Shown: positions 1 through 9,802, numbered from the stretch's first letter. The stretch is DNA of 32,000 nt from Flammeovirga agarivorans (GCF_012641475.1 NZ_JABAIL010000011.1:75384-107383), one strand, 5' to 3'. The notes: a model not told the origin generated them from the sequence alone. Numbers and translations: made by a program.

Positions 1-1
1 G

Positions 2-1138
2 AAAAACAGTGAAGGGGAATGGGCACAGTTCGAGAAGATGGATGTATCGCCAACAAATGGTACATTATCTGAATATTGGACAGATTTATACAATGTTGTA
101 TTCAGAGCGAACAAAGTAATAGCATCTTTGGATGTTGTCACTGAAGAAGCTACAAAGGCACAGTTCGAAAGTGAAGCTAAATTTGCGAGAGCATTGATGT
201 ACTTCAACTTGACAAGAGCATACGGTGAAGTTCCTTTGGTAACAAGAGTAATTGTTCCAGGTGAAGAGGAAGCAACAACAAAAACTGCTACAAATACTGT
301 TTACCAACAAATTGAACAAGATTTGATGGACGCTATTGAAGTATTACCAAGCAGAGGTGACACTAACGAAGGTAGAGCTACAAAAGGTGCAGCACAAGCA
401 CTCTTAGCAAAAGTAAAATTAACTACTGGAGATTATGCTGGTGCGAAAACGTTGTTAGAAACAGTAATGAACAGCGGTGACTATGCTTTAGTAGAAAACT
501 ACTCAGATGTTTTCTATAGCGAGTTAAACACAGAGATCATCTTTGCTATTCAGTTTATTAATGACAATGCTGTAGAATCACAAGACTTCTCTTATGAGTT
601 TACAAAATTGGGTAGAAGTAGTGGTCTTAACTATGTGACGGCTGATTTCAAAGCCAATGTAGATCCAACGGATACAGAAAGAATGGCTGTTCTTTATAAT
701 CCTGAAGATCAGCAAGAAAATGGTAAGTTCTTAACATCATCTGCTGATAACAGATTATGTGGTAATGATTGGATCGTTTTAAGAATGGCTGATGTTTACT
801 TAATGTATGCTGAAGCAATTCTTGCAGGAGAGTCATCGACAACAAATGCAGATGCTGTGAATGCTTACAACATGATTAGAGCAAGAGTAGGTTTATCAAC
901 TTTAGCTGCTGGAGAGACACTTACTAAAGATGCTTTATTAGCGGAAAGAAGAGTTGAGTTAGCCTTTGAAAATCATAGATTATTCGATTTAGTTCGATTT
1001 GGTGAGGCAGAAAACGTAATGGGAGATTTTGCAGAAGAGAATGGATTTACATTCAACGCGACGAAGCTTTTATTACCCATCCCTCAGAGAGAAATTGATA
1101 CAAGCTATGGCTTGTTGACACAAAACCCTGGGTACTAA
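2..1138 (+). CDS. SusD/RagB-family outer-membrane nutrient-binding protein, C-terminal part (5' end lies outside the window)
   Basis: The frame is open from nt 2 with no upstream stop, so the M at 38 is internal. C-terminal SusD-like signatures are present: DVYLMYAEAIL, ERRVELAFENHRLFDLVRFG, LLPIPQREID. A PKD lipoprotein and alginate lyases follow, as in known alginate PULs. Confidence 0.85.
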   Translation, partial: KNSEGEWAQFEKMDVSPTNGTLSEYWTDLYNVVFRANKVIASLDVVTEEATKAQFESEAKFARALMYFNLTRAYGEVPLVTRVIVPGEEEATTKTATNTVYQQIEQDLMDAIEVLPSRGDTNEGRATKGAAQALLAKVKLTTGDYAGAKTLLETVMNSGDYALVENYSDVFYSELNTEIIFAIQFINDNAVESQDFSYEFTKLGRSSGLNYVTADFKANVDPTDTERMAVLYNPEDQQENGKFLTSSADNRLCGNDWIVLRMADVYLMYAEAILAGESSTTNADAVNAYNMIRARVGLSTLAAGETLTKDALLAERRVELAFENHRLFDLVRFGEAENVMGDFAEENGFTFNATKLLLPIPQREIDTSYGLLTQNPGY

Positions 1139-1251
1139 TTTACCTGATGGAGTAGTGCATTGGAACTTAAGTTTATTTGATGCACGGGTAAGATTATCTT
1201 CCATGCCTACTCCAACTATAAACTTTTCTTTCAATCGACAACAATAAAGAC

Positions 1252-2013
1252 ATGAAATCATTTTTGAAATATATTGGAATGGCAAGTGCACTAGGCATGA
1301 CCTTGTTTGCTTGTACAGAAGAATTACCAGGTGTGGGTTCTATTCCAGATTTAACACCACCATCTGCAGACTTTTCTTATAAAGCTACTCAAGAAGATTA
1401 TAGAGAAGTAGCATTTACAAATACATCTATCTCTGCGGGTATTTTCGAATGGAATTTTGGCGACGGAGGTACATCCGATGAAAAAGATCCAGTACATATG
1501 TTCCCAGGAGAAGGCGAATATGATGTGGTGCTTAAAGTAAAAGATGGCAATGATTTATCTTCAGATACAACGATCACAGTAGCAATTGTAGATGAGTTTG
1601 TACCTGAATTTCAATGTAACAGTTTTGAGTGTGACGACCGCAGTGTGTGGGGCAGTTTCTCAGGATCAGGGTCACCAACTCCTCCAGATCAGGACACTGG
1701 AGCGAAAATAGGTAATGATGGTCAGTATTTAGATCAGACTATCAAAGTAACTGGAGGTGTTACATACAATGTAAGTTTCCATTATGTAAGTAAGGCAGGT
1801 GGAACAAGTGCAGGTGAATTATTAATGGAGGATCCAGATAACGGAATTACGTTTGTGGACGAGTCGCTTCCTCTAACAGAAAATTCATCAGAATATGTAT
1901 ATACAAGCTATGTGATCGAAACAGCTAGTAATACTACTCAATTGCGTTTCAGCATGAACTTCGGTGATGTTGAAACAAGATATGATCTTGTAGAAATCAA
2001 AAAAGTAGACTAA
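1252..2013 (+). CDS. Surface lipoprotein with a PKD domain plus a C-terminal CBM-like beta-sandwich (putative SGBP of the alginate PUL)
   Basis: Lipobox signal (MTLFAC). PKD motif: FSYKA..VAFTNTS..WNFGDGGTS..PVHMFPGEGEYDVVLKVKD. The C-terminal ~130 aa follow the same pattern as the N-terminal CBM-like module of the PL7 lyase at 10696. Confidence 0.8.
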   Translation: MKSFLKYIGMASALGMTLFACTEELPGVGSIPDLTPPSADFSYKATQEDYREVAFTNTSISAGIFEWNFGDGGTSDEKDPVHMFPGEGEYDVVLKVKDGNDLSSDTTITVAIVDEFVPEFQCNSFECDDRSVWGSFSGSGSPTPPDQDTGAKIGNDGQYLDQTIKVTGGVTYNVSFHYVSKAGGTSAGELLMEDPDNGITFVDESLPLTENSSEYVYTSYVIETASNTTQLRFSMNFGDVETRYDLVEIKKVD

Positions 2014-2104
2014 CACTAATTACACCCGGCTTTTGGTCGGGTGTCTTAGACAAACTGACAAACAAACAACTTATTCACTCACATCAACCTTTGAAAAGAT
2101 AGTT

Positions 2105-4348
2105 ATGAAAAACATCTATTTTATATGGATCAAAAACATAATAGCACTGTCTTTTGTAGTGTATTCATCTAAATCACTTGGACAAGTGATCGTAAGTGAT
2201 GCCGCTACATTGGAAGAGCAAATTGCGTCGGCCACTGCCGGTGATACTATCCTGATGAAAAATGGTATTTGGAAGGACCTAGAAGTGAAATTTACAGGAG
2301 AGGGGACGGTAGAAAAACCTATTATTCTAAAAGCACAAACAAACGGAAAAGTAATTATAGAAGGACAGTCTTACATCGGAATTTCAGGGAAATATCTTGT
2401 TGTAGAAGGTCTTACATTTAAGAATGGATATACGCCTACGAATGCCGTAATTAGTTACAGAACAAGCAGTAAAGATTTTGCTTACCACTGTAGAGTAACG
2501 CAATGTCTTATTGAAAACTTCAGTAATCCAGAACGATACGAGGCAGACAAGTGGGTAGAAATGTACGGTAAGGATAATCGTTTTGATCATAATGCTCTTA
2601 TCGATAAAAGAAATAAAGGAGTAACGTTTACGGTTCGATTAAATAATGAAGAAAGTAGAGAGAACAATCACATTATTGAATATAACTACTTTGGTAAACG
2701 CCAAAACCTTGGCTCAAATGGAGGAGAAACATTAAGAATAGGCACTAGTCATTATTCAAGAACAAATTCCAACTCAATCGTTAGAAAAAATTATTTTGAG
2801 TCTTGCGATGGAGAGTTAGAAATCATCTCTAATAAATCATGTGGTAATACATACCAAGACAATGTATTTGATGCTTGTAAGGGGACTTTAACCATGAGAC
2901 ATGGAGAACGAACTTTAGTAGAAAACAACTACTTCTTAGGAAAAAGAAAGCACAATACTGGAGGTATTCGAGTAATCAATGAAAGACAAACAGTCAAAAA
3001 TAACTATATCAGCGGACTAACAGGATACCGATTTAGAGGGGCTTTGGTGGTGATGAATGGTGTACCGAATTCTCCGCTCAATAGATATAATCAGGTAGAT
3101 GGAGCTGTAATTAGCAATAACTTGATTCTTAACAGCGACCACGTTCAATTATGTGCAGGAAGTGATACCGAAAGATCTGCAACGCCGATTAACTCTACGA
3201 TGTCCGATAATATTTTCATGACAAATACAAACCCTAGCTTATTTACGGTTTATGATGATATTTCGGGAATTCAATTTGAAGGGAATTTTGTAAATAAAGA
3301 AGAAAATGTTCCTGTAGAAAATGGTTTTAAAAGTATAGATTATCAGTTGACAAAAAACAGTAATGGTTTACTTTCAGCAAGTAAAAAATTACTTAAGAAA
3401 ATAGGGTTTAAAGGTGATGTTGAATTACCAGTGTCAAGAGAGGAAGTAGGGCCAGCGTTTTACGACAAAGACACTAAAGTGATAGGTTTAAACGAAGGAA
3501 AGGAAATCCATGTTCAACCTGGAATCAATACAATTATTGAGGCACTTGAAATGGCTAATCCTGGAGATATCCTTTTATTAGAAGGGAATGAGGAATATGT
3601 TTTAACGAAGACAGCTTATATACATTTTCCTGTGACATTAAAAGGTGAAGGCAAGGCAACAATCTTATCAGAAAAATCTGTAGCCTTTCAATTAGAGAAT
3701 GAGGCAGATTTAGAGCTTAATCATTTAGTGATTGATGCTAAAAATGCACCAGACCAATCTGGAAATTGTATTGTTAGTACAAGCAGGTATTCGATGAACG
3801 ACAATTATATCTTTAAGACTTTGGACTGTGAAATTCGTAACCTTAACATTAATCACACTTTCAATTTTTTGAAAATATATCCATCGACAATGGCTGATAC
3901 TGTTTTGATTGAAAATTCACAATTTGATCAAGTAACAGGTTCGATTCTTGCATTAGATAAAGAGGTAGATGACCTAGGAATGTACAACGCAGAATATGTG
4001 ATCATTCAACAATCTTCATTCAAGAATATAGACAACACAATTGCCGACGTTTATAGAGGTGGTACTGATGAAAGTACATTTGGCCCTAACGTTGAAGTAC
4101 TCGATTGCACTTTTGAAAATGTAGGTCATAGTAAAAGAAATAAAGAACAATCTTCACTGACATTTCATGGTGTTCAGAAACTGGAAATCGATGAATGTCA
4201 TTGGGTAAAAAGTGCTCCATTAAAGTTATTCCTGACGAATGGTGAGCCAATATCAGAAATTAAAAATTGTACTTTTCAAGAGACGGACAAAGTAGTAGCA
4301 AACTCTGATAAATACAGTTTCGAAAACATTAAAATGATCAATAAATAA
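2105..4348 (+). CDS. PL6-family alginate (poly-uronate) lyase, two beta-helix domains
   Basis: PL6 motifs are present: NGGETLRIG, GELEIISNKS (catalytic Lys region), GTLTMRHGER (catalytic Arg region). The ATG at 2105 gives a signal peptide (MKNIYFIWIKNIIALSFVVYS). The extension back to 2033 is not signal-like. Confidence 0.85.
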   Translation: MKNIYFIWIKNIIALSFVVYSSKSLGQVIVSDAATLEEQIASATAGDTILMKNGIWKDLEVKFTGEGTVEKPIILKAQTNGKVIIEGQSYIGISGKYLVVEGLTFKNGYTPTNAVISYRTSSKDFAYHCRVTQCLIENFSNPERYEADKWVEMYGKDNRFDHNALIDKRNKGVTFTVRLNNEESRENNHIIEYNYFGKRQNLGSNGGETLRIGTSHYSRTNSNSIVRKNYFESCDGELEIISNKSCGNTYQDNVFDACKGTLTMRHGERTLVENNYFLGKRKHNTGGIRVINERQTVKNNYISGLTGYRFRGALVVMNGVPNSPLNRYNQVDGAVISNNLILNSDHVQLCAGSDTERSATPINSTMSDNIFMTNTNPSLFTVYDDISGIQFEGNFVNKEENVPVENGFKSIDYQLTKNSNGLLSASKKLLKKIGFKGDVELPVSREEVGPAFYDKDTKVIGLNEGKEIHVQPGINTIIEALEMANPGDILLLEGNEEYVLTKTAYIHFPVTLKGEGKATILSEKSVAFQLENEADLELNHLVIDAKNAPDQSGNCIVSTSRYSMNDNYIFKTLDCEIRNLNINHTFNFLKIYPSTMADTVLIENSQFDQVTGSILALDKEVDDLGMYNAEYVIIQQSSFKNIDNTIADVYRGGTDESTFGPNVEVLDCTFENVGHSKRNKEQSSLTFHGVQKLEIDECHWVKSAPLKLFLTNGEPISEIKNCTFQETDKVVANSDKYSFENIKMINK

Positions 4349-6585
4349 TGTTGATAAGAAAATATACGATACTTGTTTATTTACTAATAGTTAGTTTTTC
4401 ACCTCTTTTTGGTCAGCATCAATTGACGTTGACCAATGAGGAGGAAAAGGAAATTAAGCAAGGAGAAACGGTAGAACTATTTAGTAATTCTGTAAAAGCA
4501 GCTGAGAAAAAATTGGCTCCTTATTTAGAGAAAGGTGTAGACGTTCCAACTCCAAAAGATTTGGCAGGTGGATACACACATAGTCAGCATAAGAAGAACT
4601 ATTTTCTAATGCAGAAGGCAGGGGTATTGTTTCAAATTACTGGAAACGAAGCGTACGCAGAATTCATTAAAAATACTTTGGAGAAGTACAGTGCCCAATA
4701 TAAAAACTGGGACAGACACCCTTCGAAGAAATCATATGCAAGAGGGAAAATATTCTGGCAATGTTTAAATGATGCCAATTGGTTAGTATATACATCACAG
4801 GCCTATGGAAGTATCTACTCTTGGTTAAGTCCAAAAGAAAGAAAAAAGCTAAACAATGAGTTATTTAGACCAATGGCTGATTTCTTATCCGTAGAAACAC
4901 CTCGATTTTTTAATCGCCTACATAATCACAGTACTTGGGCTAATGCAGGTGTAGGTATGATTGGCCTTGTGATGGAAGACGAGGACTTGGTACAAAAGGC
5001 TTTGTATGGATTACCGATCACTGACGAAAAGGTAAAAGATAATGATGGTGGAAGTATCACAAAGGAAGGACAAAAAGAAGCGGGTTTTCTTGCTCAAATA
5101 GATCACTCATTCTCTCCTGACGGATACTATACGGAAGGACCGTATTATCAACGTTATGCGATGTATCCATTTTTAATCTTCGCTTTAGCGTTGGAAAATC
5201 AGCAACCATCATTAGAAATTTTTAAATATAGAGAGGGCGTATTGTTAAAGGCAGTAGATGCACTTTTACAACAAACGAATGCTTCTGGAGAGTTTTTCCC
5301 TTTAAATGATGCCCAAAAAGGGATGTCGTATTACTCTAGAGAATTACAACTATCGCTGGCATTAGGGTATTACTATGGCAAACAAGACAAGGGATTACTT
5401 GGTCTAATCAAAGAACAACAAAGAGTACCTCTAAATTATGCAGGGTACATTGCAGCTAGAGATATAAATAAAGGCCTTGCACAACCATTCAAAAAGCACA
5501 GTATTTATTTCAGTGATGGACCGAAAGGGGATAAAGGAGGAATTGGTGTACTAAGAAGTGATGAGGTGGAGTTGATTATGAAATTCTCTCAACATGGAAT
5601 GGGACATGGTCATTTCGATAGATTATCATACAGTCTAAATTTTGGTAAGGAAGAAGTCTTACAGGATTATGGCGCTGCAAGATATGTCAATATCCATCAG
5701 AAAGATGGAGGTGGGTATTTGAAAGAAAATAAAACATGGGCAAAACAAACTATTGCTCACAATACTGTGGTCGTAGGTAAAAGATCACAATTTAAAGGCA
5801 ACGTTAAAAAAGCTGACAGTATTTCTCCAGAAGAATATATTTTCTCTACTGATAAGGAGAATGTACAAGTAGTAAGTGCTAAAGAAAGCAACGCTTACCA
5901 AGAAGTAGACTTACATAGGACATTGGTTTTAATAAAAGACTCAAGCTTTGAGAATCCATTGGTGTTAGATTTATTCAATGTACAATTAGATACTGCACAG
6001 CTCTTACAATTACCTTATCATTACCACGGTCAACTTATGTTTTCATCAGTTGATTTACAGAGAGCAACTACTTTAAAACCTTTGGGTGAAAAAGATGGGT
6101 ATCAACATTTATGGAATGTTGCTGAAGGAGAGGTAAAAGGAGCGTTTAATCAGATCAATTGGTTTGATAAACACAGATTTTACACTCTGAATATGGCAAC
6201 TACAGAAGGGGAAAGTATCACTTTGGCCGAACTTGGAGCTAATGATCCTCACTTTAATTTGAGAAGAGACCCTTCTATTATCCTTAATAAACAAGGTCAA
6301 AAGGGAGACAACTGGATGGTCTCAATTTTGGAAACACATGGTAGTTATTCTACCGTTACTGAAGCGTCGAAAAACACTTACAGTACAATCAAAGATGTAT
6401 TCATTTCATTTCAAAATAACGAATATATAACAGTTAACTTCACTAACAAACAAAATGAAGAATGGACCTTCATACTTTCAACTGTGGACAATTCAGATGT
6501 TAAAGAACATCAACTTTCTTTGAAGGATAGAGTGATTAAATGGGACGGTCCATTCGTCCTGTTTAAAAATGAAATTGATCAGTAA
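4348..6585 (+). CDS. PL17-family oligoalginate lyase (alginate lyase N-domain + heparinase II/III-like C-domain)
   Basis: Signal peptide present. NHSTW (Asn-His catalytic pair region) and a HGMGHGHFD metal-site motif are typical of PL17/Alg17C-like enzymes. The 745-aa length fits. The start overlaps the PL6 stop (TAATG). Confidence 0.85.
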   Translation: MLIRKYTILVYLLIVSFSPLFGQHQLTLTNEEEKEIKQGETVELFSNSVKAAEKKLAPYLEKGVDVPTPKDLAGGYTHSQHKKNYFLMQKAGVLFQITGNEAYAEFIKNTLEKYSAQYKNWDRHPSKKSYARGKIFWQCLNDANWLVYTSQAYGSIYSWLSPKERKKLNNELFRPMADFLSVETPRFFNRLHNHSTWANAGVGMIGLVMEDEDLVQKALYGLPITDEKVKDNDGGSITKEGQKEAGFLAQIDHSFSPDGYYTEGPYYQRYAMYPFLIFALALENQQPSLEIFKYREGVLLKAVDALLQQTNASGEFFPLNDAQKGMSYYSRELQLSLALGYYYGKQDKGLLGLIKEQQRVPLNYAGYIAARDINKGLAQPFKKHSIYFSDGPKGDKGGIGVLRSDEVELIMKFSQHGMGHGHFDRLSYSLNFGKEEVLQDYGAARYVNIHQKDGGGYLKENKTWAKQTIAHNTVVVGKRSQFKGNVKKADSISPEEYIFSTDKENVQVVSAKESNAYQEVDLHRTLVLIKDSSFENPLVLDLFNVQLDTAQLLQLPYHYHGQLMFSSVDLQRATTLKPLGEKDGYQHLWNVAEGEVKGAFNQINWFDKHRFYTLNMATTEGESITLAELGANDPHFNLRRDPSIILNKQGQKGDNWMVSILETHGSYSTVTEASKNTYSTIKDVFISFQNNEYITVNFTNKQNEEWTFILSTVDNSDVKEHQLSLKDRVIKWDGPFVLFKNEIDQ

Positions 6586-6605
6586 AACAATACAATAAAG
6601 CTAAT

Positions 6606-7922
6606 ATGGCAACAGAATTTAAAGTAACAGAAGAAGAACGCTTAGAAAAAGCAACTTCATCATCTACTTTTCAAGTTAAAGGACTTAGATGGTGGATTAT
6701 TGGATTGGTCTGTCTGGCGACAATTATTAACTACATCGATAGGTCTGCAATGGCCATTATGTGGCCAAGTATCGCCGAGGATCTTAATATGAGTAAGAAT
6801 GATTATGCAATGATCTTAAATGTTTTCATGATTGCTTACGCTATAGGTCAGTCAGTATCAGGAAAAATGTTTGATAAGATCGGAACAAAGCTTGGTTTTG
6901 TGATTTCAATCTCTGTTTGGGGTGTAGCAACTATGCTTCATGCAGTAGCAAAAGGAGTGTTCTCATTTGCAGGTTTCAGAATTATGCTAGGTATGGGTGA
7001 AGCCGGAAACTGGCCAGGAGCAGTAAAGAATAATGCAGAGTGGTTCCCAGTTAAAGAAAGAGCTTTAGCACAAGGTATTTTTAACTCAGGAGCAGCATTA
7101 GGTTCTGTTGTTGCCCCTCCGCTTATTGCCATTCTTTGGGCCACTTTTGGATGGGAAAAAACCTTTATGATTGTAGGTGTCTTGGGTCTACTTTGGGTTA
7201 TTCCTTGGGTAATTATTAATAAAGGAATTCCAGCGAAACACCCTTGGATTACTAAAGCAGAAAAGGAATATATTCTTGCTGATCAGGAAGAGAAAAAAGA
7301 TGCTGCTCCAGGTCTAAGTATGAAAGAAATTTTATCGCACAAGGCGTCATGGTCAGTGTTAATGTCAAGATTTTTCATCGAACCGATCTGGTGGTTATTC
7401 GTAGGTTGGATGCCATTATACTTATCTGATACGTATGGGTTCAATGTAAAAGAAATCGGTTATTTCGCTTGGGTACCATATGTAGGTGCTGCATTAGGTA
7501 GTTTATCAGGAGGATATTTTTCAGGTAAGTTGATGTTGGCAGGAGCGTCTGTTGATCAAGCAAGAAAAAGAACAATCTCGATTGGTGGTATCATCATGTT
7601 TACAGGTTTATTAGCGACAATTTTCTTAGCGGATAGTGCTTTAAAATTCGTGATTATCGTAGCCTTAGTATTATATGGTTTCCAGTTTGTGATCAGTAAT
7701 ATCCAAACGATACCAAGTGATTTATTTACAGGAAAGTCGGTAGGTTCACTAGCAGGACTAGGTGGTACTGTGGGTGTATTCTCAGTAATTATTATGAATT
7801 TCTTAGTTCCAATTATCTCTAGCTACTCTTATGTACCCATCTTCGTGATGATTGCAGTGTTCGTTCCATTAGGAGTAGGCTCGATTTATTTATTCGCTAA
7901 AGAAATCAAATCAATAAAATAA
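6606..7922 (+). CDS. MFS transporter, hexuronate/ExuT-like (probable DEH/unsaturated uronate permease)
   Basis: About 12 predicted TM segments and the MFS loop motif GKMFDKIGTK. It sits between the alginate lyases and the DEH-to-KDG pathway genes. Confidence 0.8.
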   Translation: MATEFKVTEEERLEKATSSSTFQVKGLRWWIIGLVCLATIINYIDRSAMAIMWPSIAEDLNMSKNDYAMILNVFMIAYAIGQSVSGKMFDKIGTKLGFVISISVWGVATMLHAVAKGVFSFAGFRIMLGMGEAGNWPGAVKNNAEWFPVKERALAQGIFNSGAALGSVVAPPLIAILWATFGWEKTFMIVGVLGLLWVIPWVIINKGIPAKHPWITKAEKEYILADQEEKKDAAPGLSMKEILSHKASWSVLMSRFFIEPIWWLFVGWMPLYLSDTYGFNVKEIGYFAWVPYVGAALGSLSGGYFSGKLMLAGASVDQARKRTISIGGIIMFTGLLATIFLADSALKFVIIVALVLYGFQFVISNIQTIPSDLFTGKSVGSLAGLGGTVGVFSVIIMNFLVPIISSYSYVPIFVMIAVFVPLGVGSIYLFAKEIKSIK

Positions 7923-8010
7923 ATTTTTAATCTCTCTTCTTTCACTAAAGCAGTTTTTGAGAGATAGCTGATTTATTTCACAAGTGAAAGAAGTACAACT
8001 TCAATTTATT

Positions 8011-8763
8011 ATGTTATTAGAAAACAAAGTAGCCATTGTAACAGGTGGAGCTAGAGATATCGGTAAAGCGGTGTCTATGAAATTAGCTAAGGAAGGGGCA
8101 AAAGTTGTGATTAACTATTTCGATAATGAAGTACAAGCAACTCAAACTTTAATAGAAATAAAGGCATTAGGAGGAGACGCAATTCTAGTTCAAGGTGATA
8201 TGACCAAGAAAGAAGATGTGGATAATGTTGTTGAGCAAGCGTTACAGGCTTATGGCGGTAAAATTGATATTTTAGTTAACGTAGCTGGCGGATTAGTAGC
8301 AAGAAAAAAATTGGATGAAATGGATGTTGATTTCTTTAACTTTGTGATTCAATTAAACTTAAATACTGTCATGTTAATGACGCAAGCGGTAGTACCTCAT
8401 ATGCCATCTGGCGGATCTATTGTCAACTTTGCTTCACAAGCAGGTAAAGATGGTGGTGGACCAGGAGCAAGTGCTTATGCTACAGCAAAAGGTGCAGTGA
8501 TGACATTTACTCGTTCAATGGCTAAAGAGTTAGGACCGAAAAACATTCGTGTTAATTCTTTATGTCCAGGTATGATAGCAACAACTTTCCACGATACATT
8601 TACAACTACGGCAGTACGTGAGAAAGTAGCTGTTTCTACTCCATTAGGAAGAGAAGGTAAAGCAGAGGAAGTAGCAGATTTTGTTGCTTGTATCGCCTCG
8701 CCACAATCATCATTTGTGACGGGTACCAATATTGATATCAACGGAGGTTTAATGTTCTCATAA
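8011..8763 (+). CDS. SDR-family oxidoreductase, probable DEH (4-deoxy-L-erythro-5-hexoseulose uronate) reductase
   Basis: Classical SDR motifs: TGGARDIG, NVAG, YATAKGAV (YxxxK), PG..T. The ATG at 8011 gives the normal spacing before the TGG motif. The track start at 7984 is a GTG inside a stem-loop. Confidence 0.8.
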   Translation: MLLENKVAIVTGGARDIGKAVSMKLAKEGAKVVINYFDNEVQATQTLIEIKALGGDAILVQGDMTKKEDVDNVVEQALQAYGGKIDILVNVAGGLVARKKLDEMDVDFFNFVIQLNLNTVMLMTQAVVPHMPSGGSIVNFASQAGKDGGGPGASAYATAKGAVMTFTRSMAKELGPKNIRVNSLCPGMIATTFHDTFTTTAVREKVAVSTPLGREGKAEEVADFVACIASPQSSFVTGTNIDINGGLMFS

Positions 8764-8764
8764 C

Positions 8765-9799
8765 ATGAAAAAGGTAGTAACATTTGGCGAATTACTTTAT
8801 CGTTTTTCGCCAGTGGGCAACCTTCGTTTCTCACAAGCCAACCAATACGAAGCAACTGTAGGTGGAGCAGAAGCCAACATTGCAATCTCTTTAGCTCAAT
8901 ACGGTGATGACGTTGAATATGTAAGTATCGTTCCTGATAATGCATTAGGTCAATTTGCTGTTAGAGAAGTAAAGAAATGGGGAGCTGGAGTAGAAGGTGT
9001 CCAATTCGGAGGAGAGAAAATGGGGATGTACTTCCTCGAAAAAGGGGGTTCATTAAGAGGTGGTAATGTCATCTACGATAGAGCTGGAGCAAGTATCACC
9101 CATGTAGATGCAAATACATTTGATTGGGATGCCATCTTAGAAGATGCAGATTGGTTCCACTGGTCAGGTATCACACCGGCTTTATCGAAGGGTGCTGCTG
9201 CAGCCAATTTAGCCGCAGTGGAAGCCGCTTATAGAAAAGGAATTCCTGTTTCTTGTGACTTGAACTATAGAAGTAAGCTATGGAAATATGGTGTGGATCC
9301 AAAACACATCATGCCTAAGTTACTGGAGAACACAACAATTTGTTTAGCTAACGAAGAGGATGTAGCTAAGTACTTGGGTATTCAACCACAGGAATCTGAT
9401 TACGAAATTGTAGATGGATTTGATAAACGTTGTTATAAGTTTATCAGTAAAGAAGTAATGAAGGCTTTTCCTAACCTTGATTATGTGATCACCACTTTAA
9501 GACAAACAATTAATGCTTCACACAACAGATGGTCAGGAGTGATCTACAACGGAGAAGAGTTTGTGATGGGTGATGTTCATGAAATCCCTTCAATTATTGA
9601 TAGAGTAGGCGGTGGCGATTCATTTATGGCCGCTTATATCCACGGGAAAAGAAAATTTGTAGTAGACAAAGAGGCATTAGACTTTGCATTGGCTGCTTCT
9701 GCATACAAACTATCTATTCCTGGAGATTACAACATCGCAACGGAAGAAGAAGTTTTCCAGATTATGGATAAAAATAGCATTAAAAAAATCGACCGATAA
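8765..9799 (+). CDS. kdgK: 2-dehydro-3-deoxygluconokinase (PfkB family)
   Basis: PfkB motifs are present: GGAEANIA near the N-terminus and GGGDSFMAAY near the C-terminus. It starts 1 nt after the SDR stop and lies upstream of the KDPG aldolase gene. Confidence 0.8.
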   Translation: MKKVVTFGELLYRFSPVGNLRFSQANQYEATVGGAEANIAISLAQYGDDVEYVSIVPDNALGQFAVREVKKWGAGVEGVQFGGEKMGMYFLEKGGSLRGGNVIYDRAGASITHVDANTFDWDAILEDADWFHWSGITPALSKGAAAANLAAVEAAYRKGIPVSCDLNYRSKLWKYGVDPKHIMPKLLENTTICLANEEDVAKYLGIQPQESDYEIVDGFDKRCYKFISKEVMKAFPNLDYVITTLRQTINASHNRWSGVIYNGEEFVMGDVHEIPSIIDRVGGGDSFMAAYIHGKRKFVVDKEALDFALAASAYKLSIPGDYNIATEEEVFQIMDKNSIKKIDR

Positions 9800-9802
9800 T
9801 TC

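Noticed and set aside
2022-2044. Hairpin acacccg-gcttttggt-cgggtgt after the PKD gene
   Set aside because: It is a 7-bp stem with no following T-tract, it lies inside an operon-like spacer, and its function cannot be assigned.
2033-2104. N-terminal extensions from non-ATG or upstream starts in the ORF track (2033, 7984 GTG, 12690 TTG, 20634 TTG, 30402 TTG, 38 internal Met, 31963 internal GTG)
   Set aside because: In each case a downstream ATG gives a proper signal peptide or the normal spacing to the first domain motif. Alternatively, the frame is simply open to the window edge. The 12690 TTG lies inside a -7 box, and the 7984 GTG lies inside a 10-bp helix.
8475-8945. 156-aa ORF on the minus strand spanning the SDR/kdgK junction
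   Set aside because: It is entirely antisense to two well-supported genes, has a low-complexity His/Leu/Arg-rich translation with no recognisable motifs, and has no promoter or terminator of its own.
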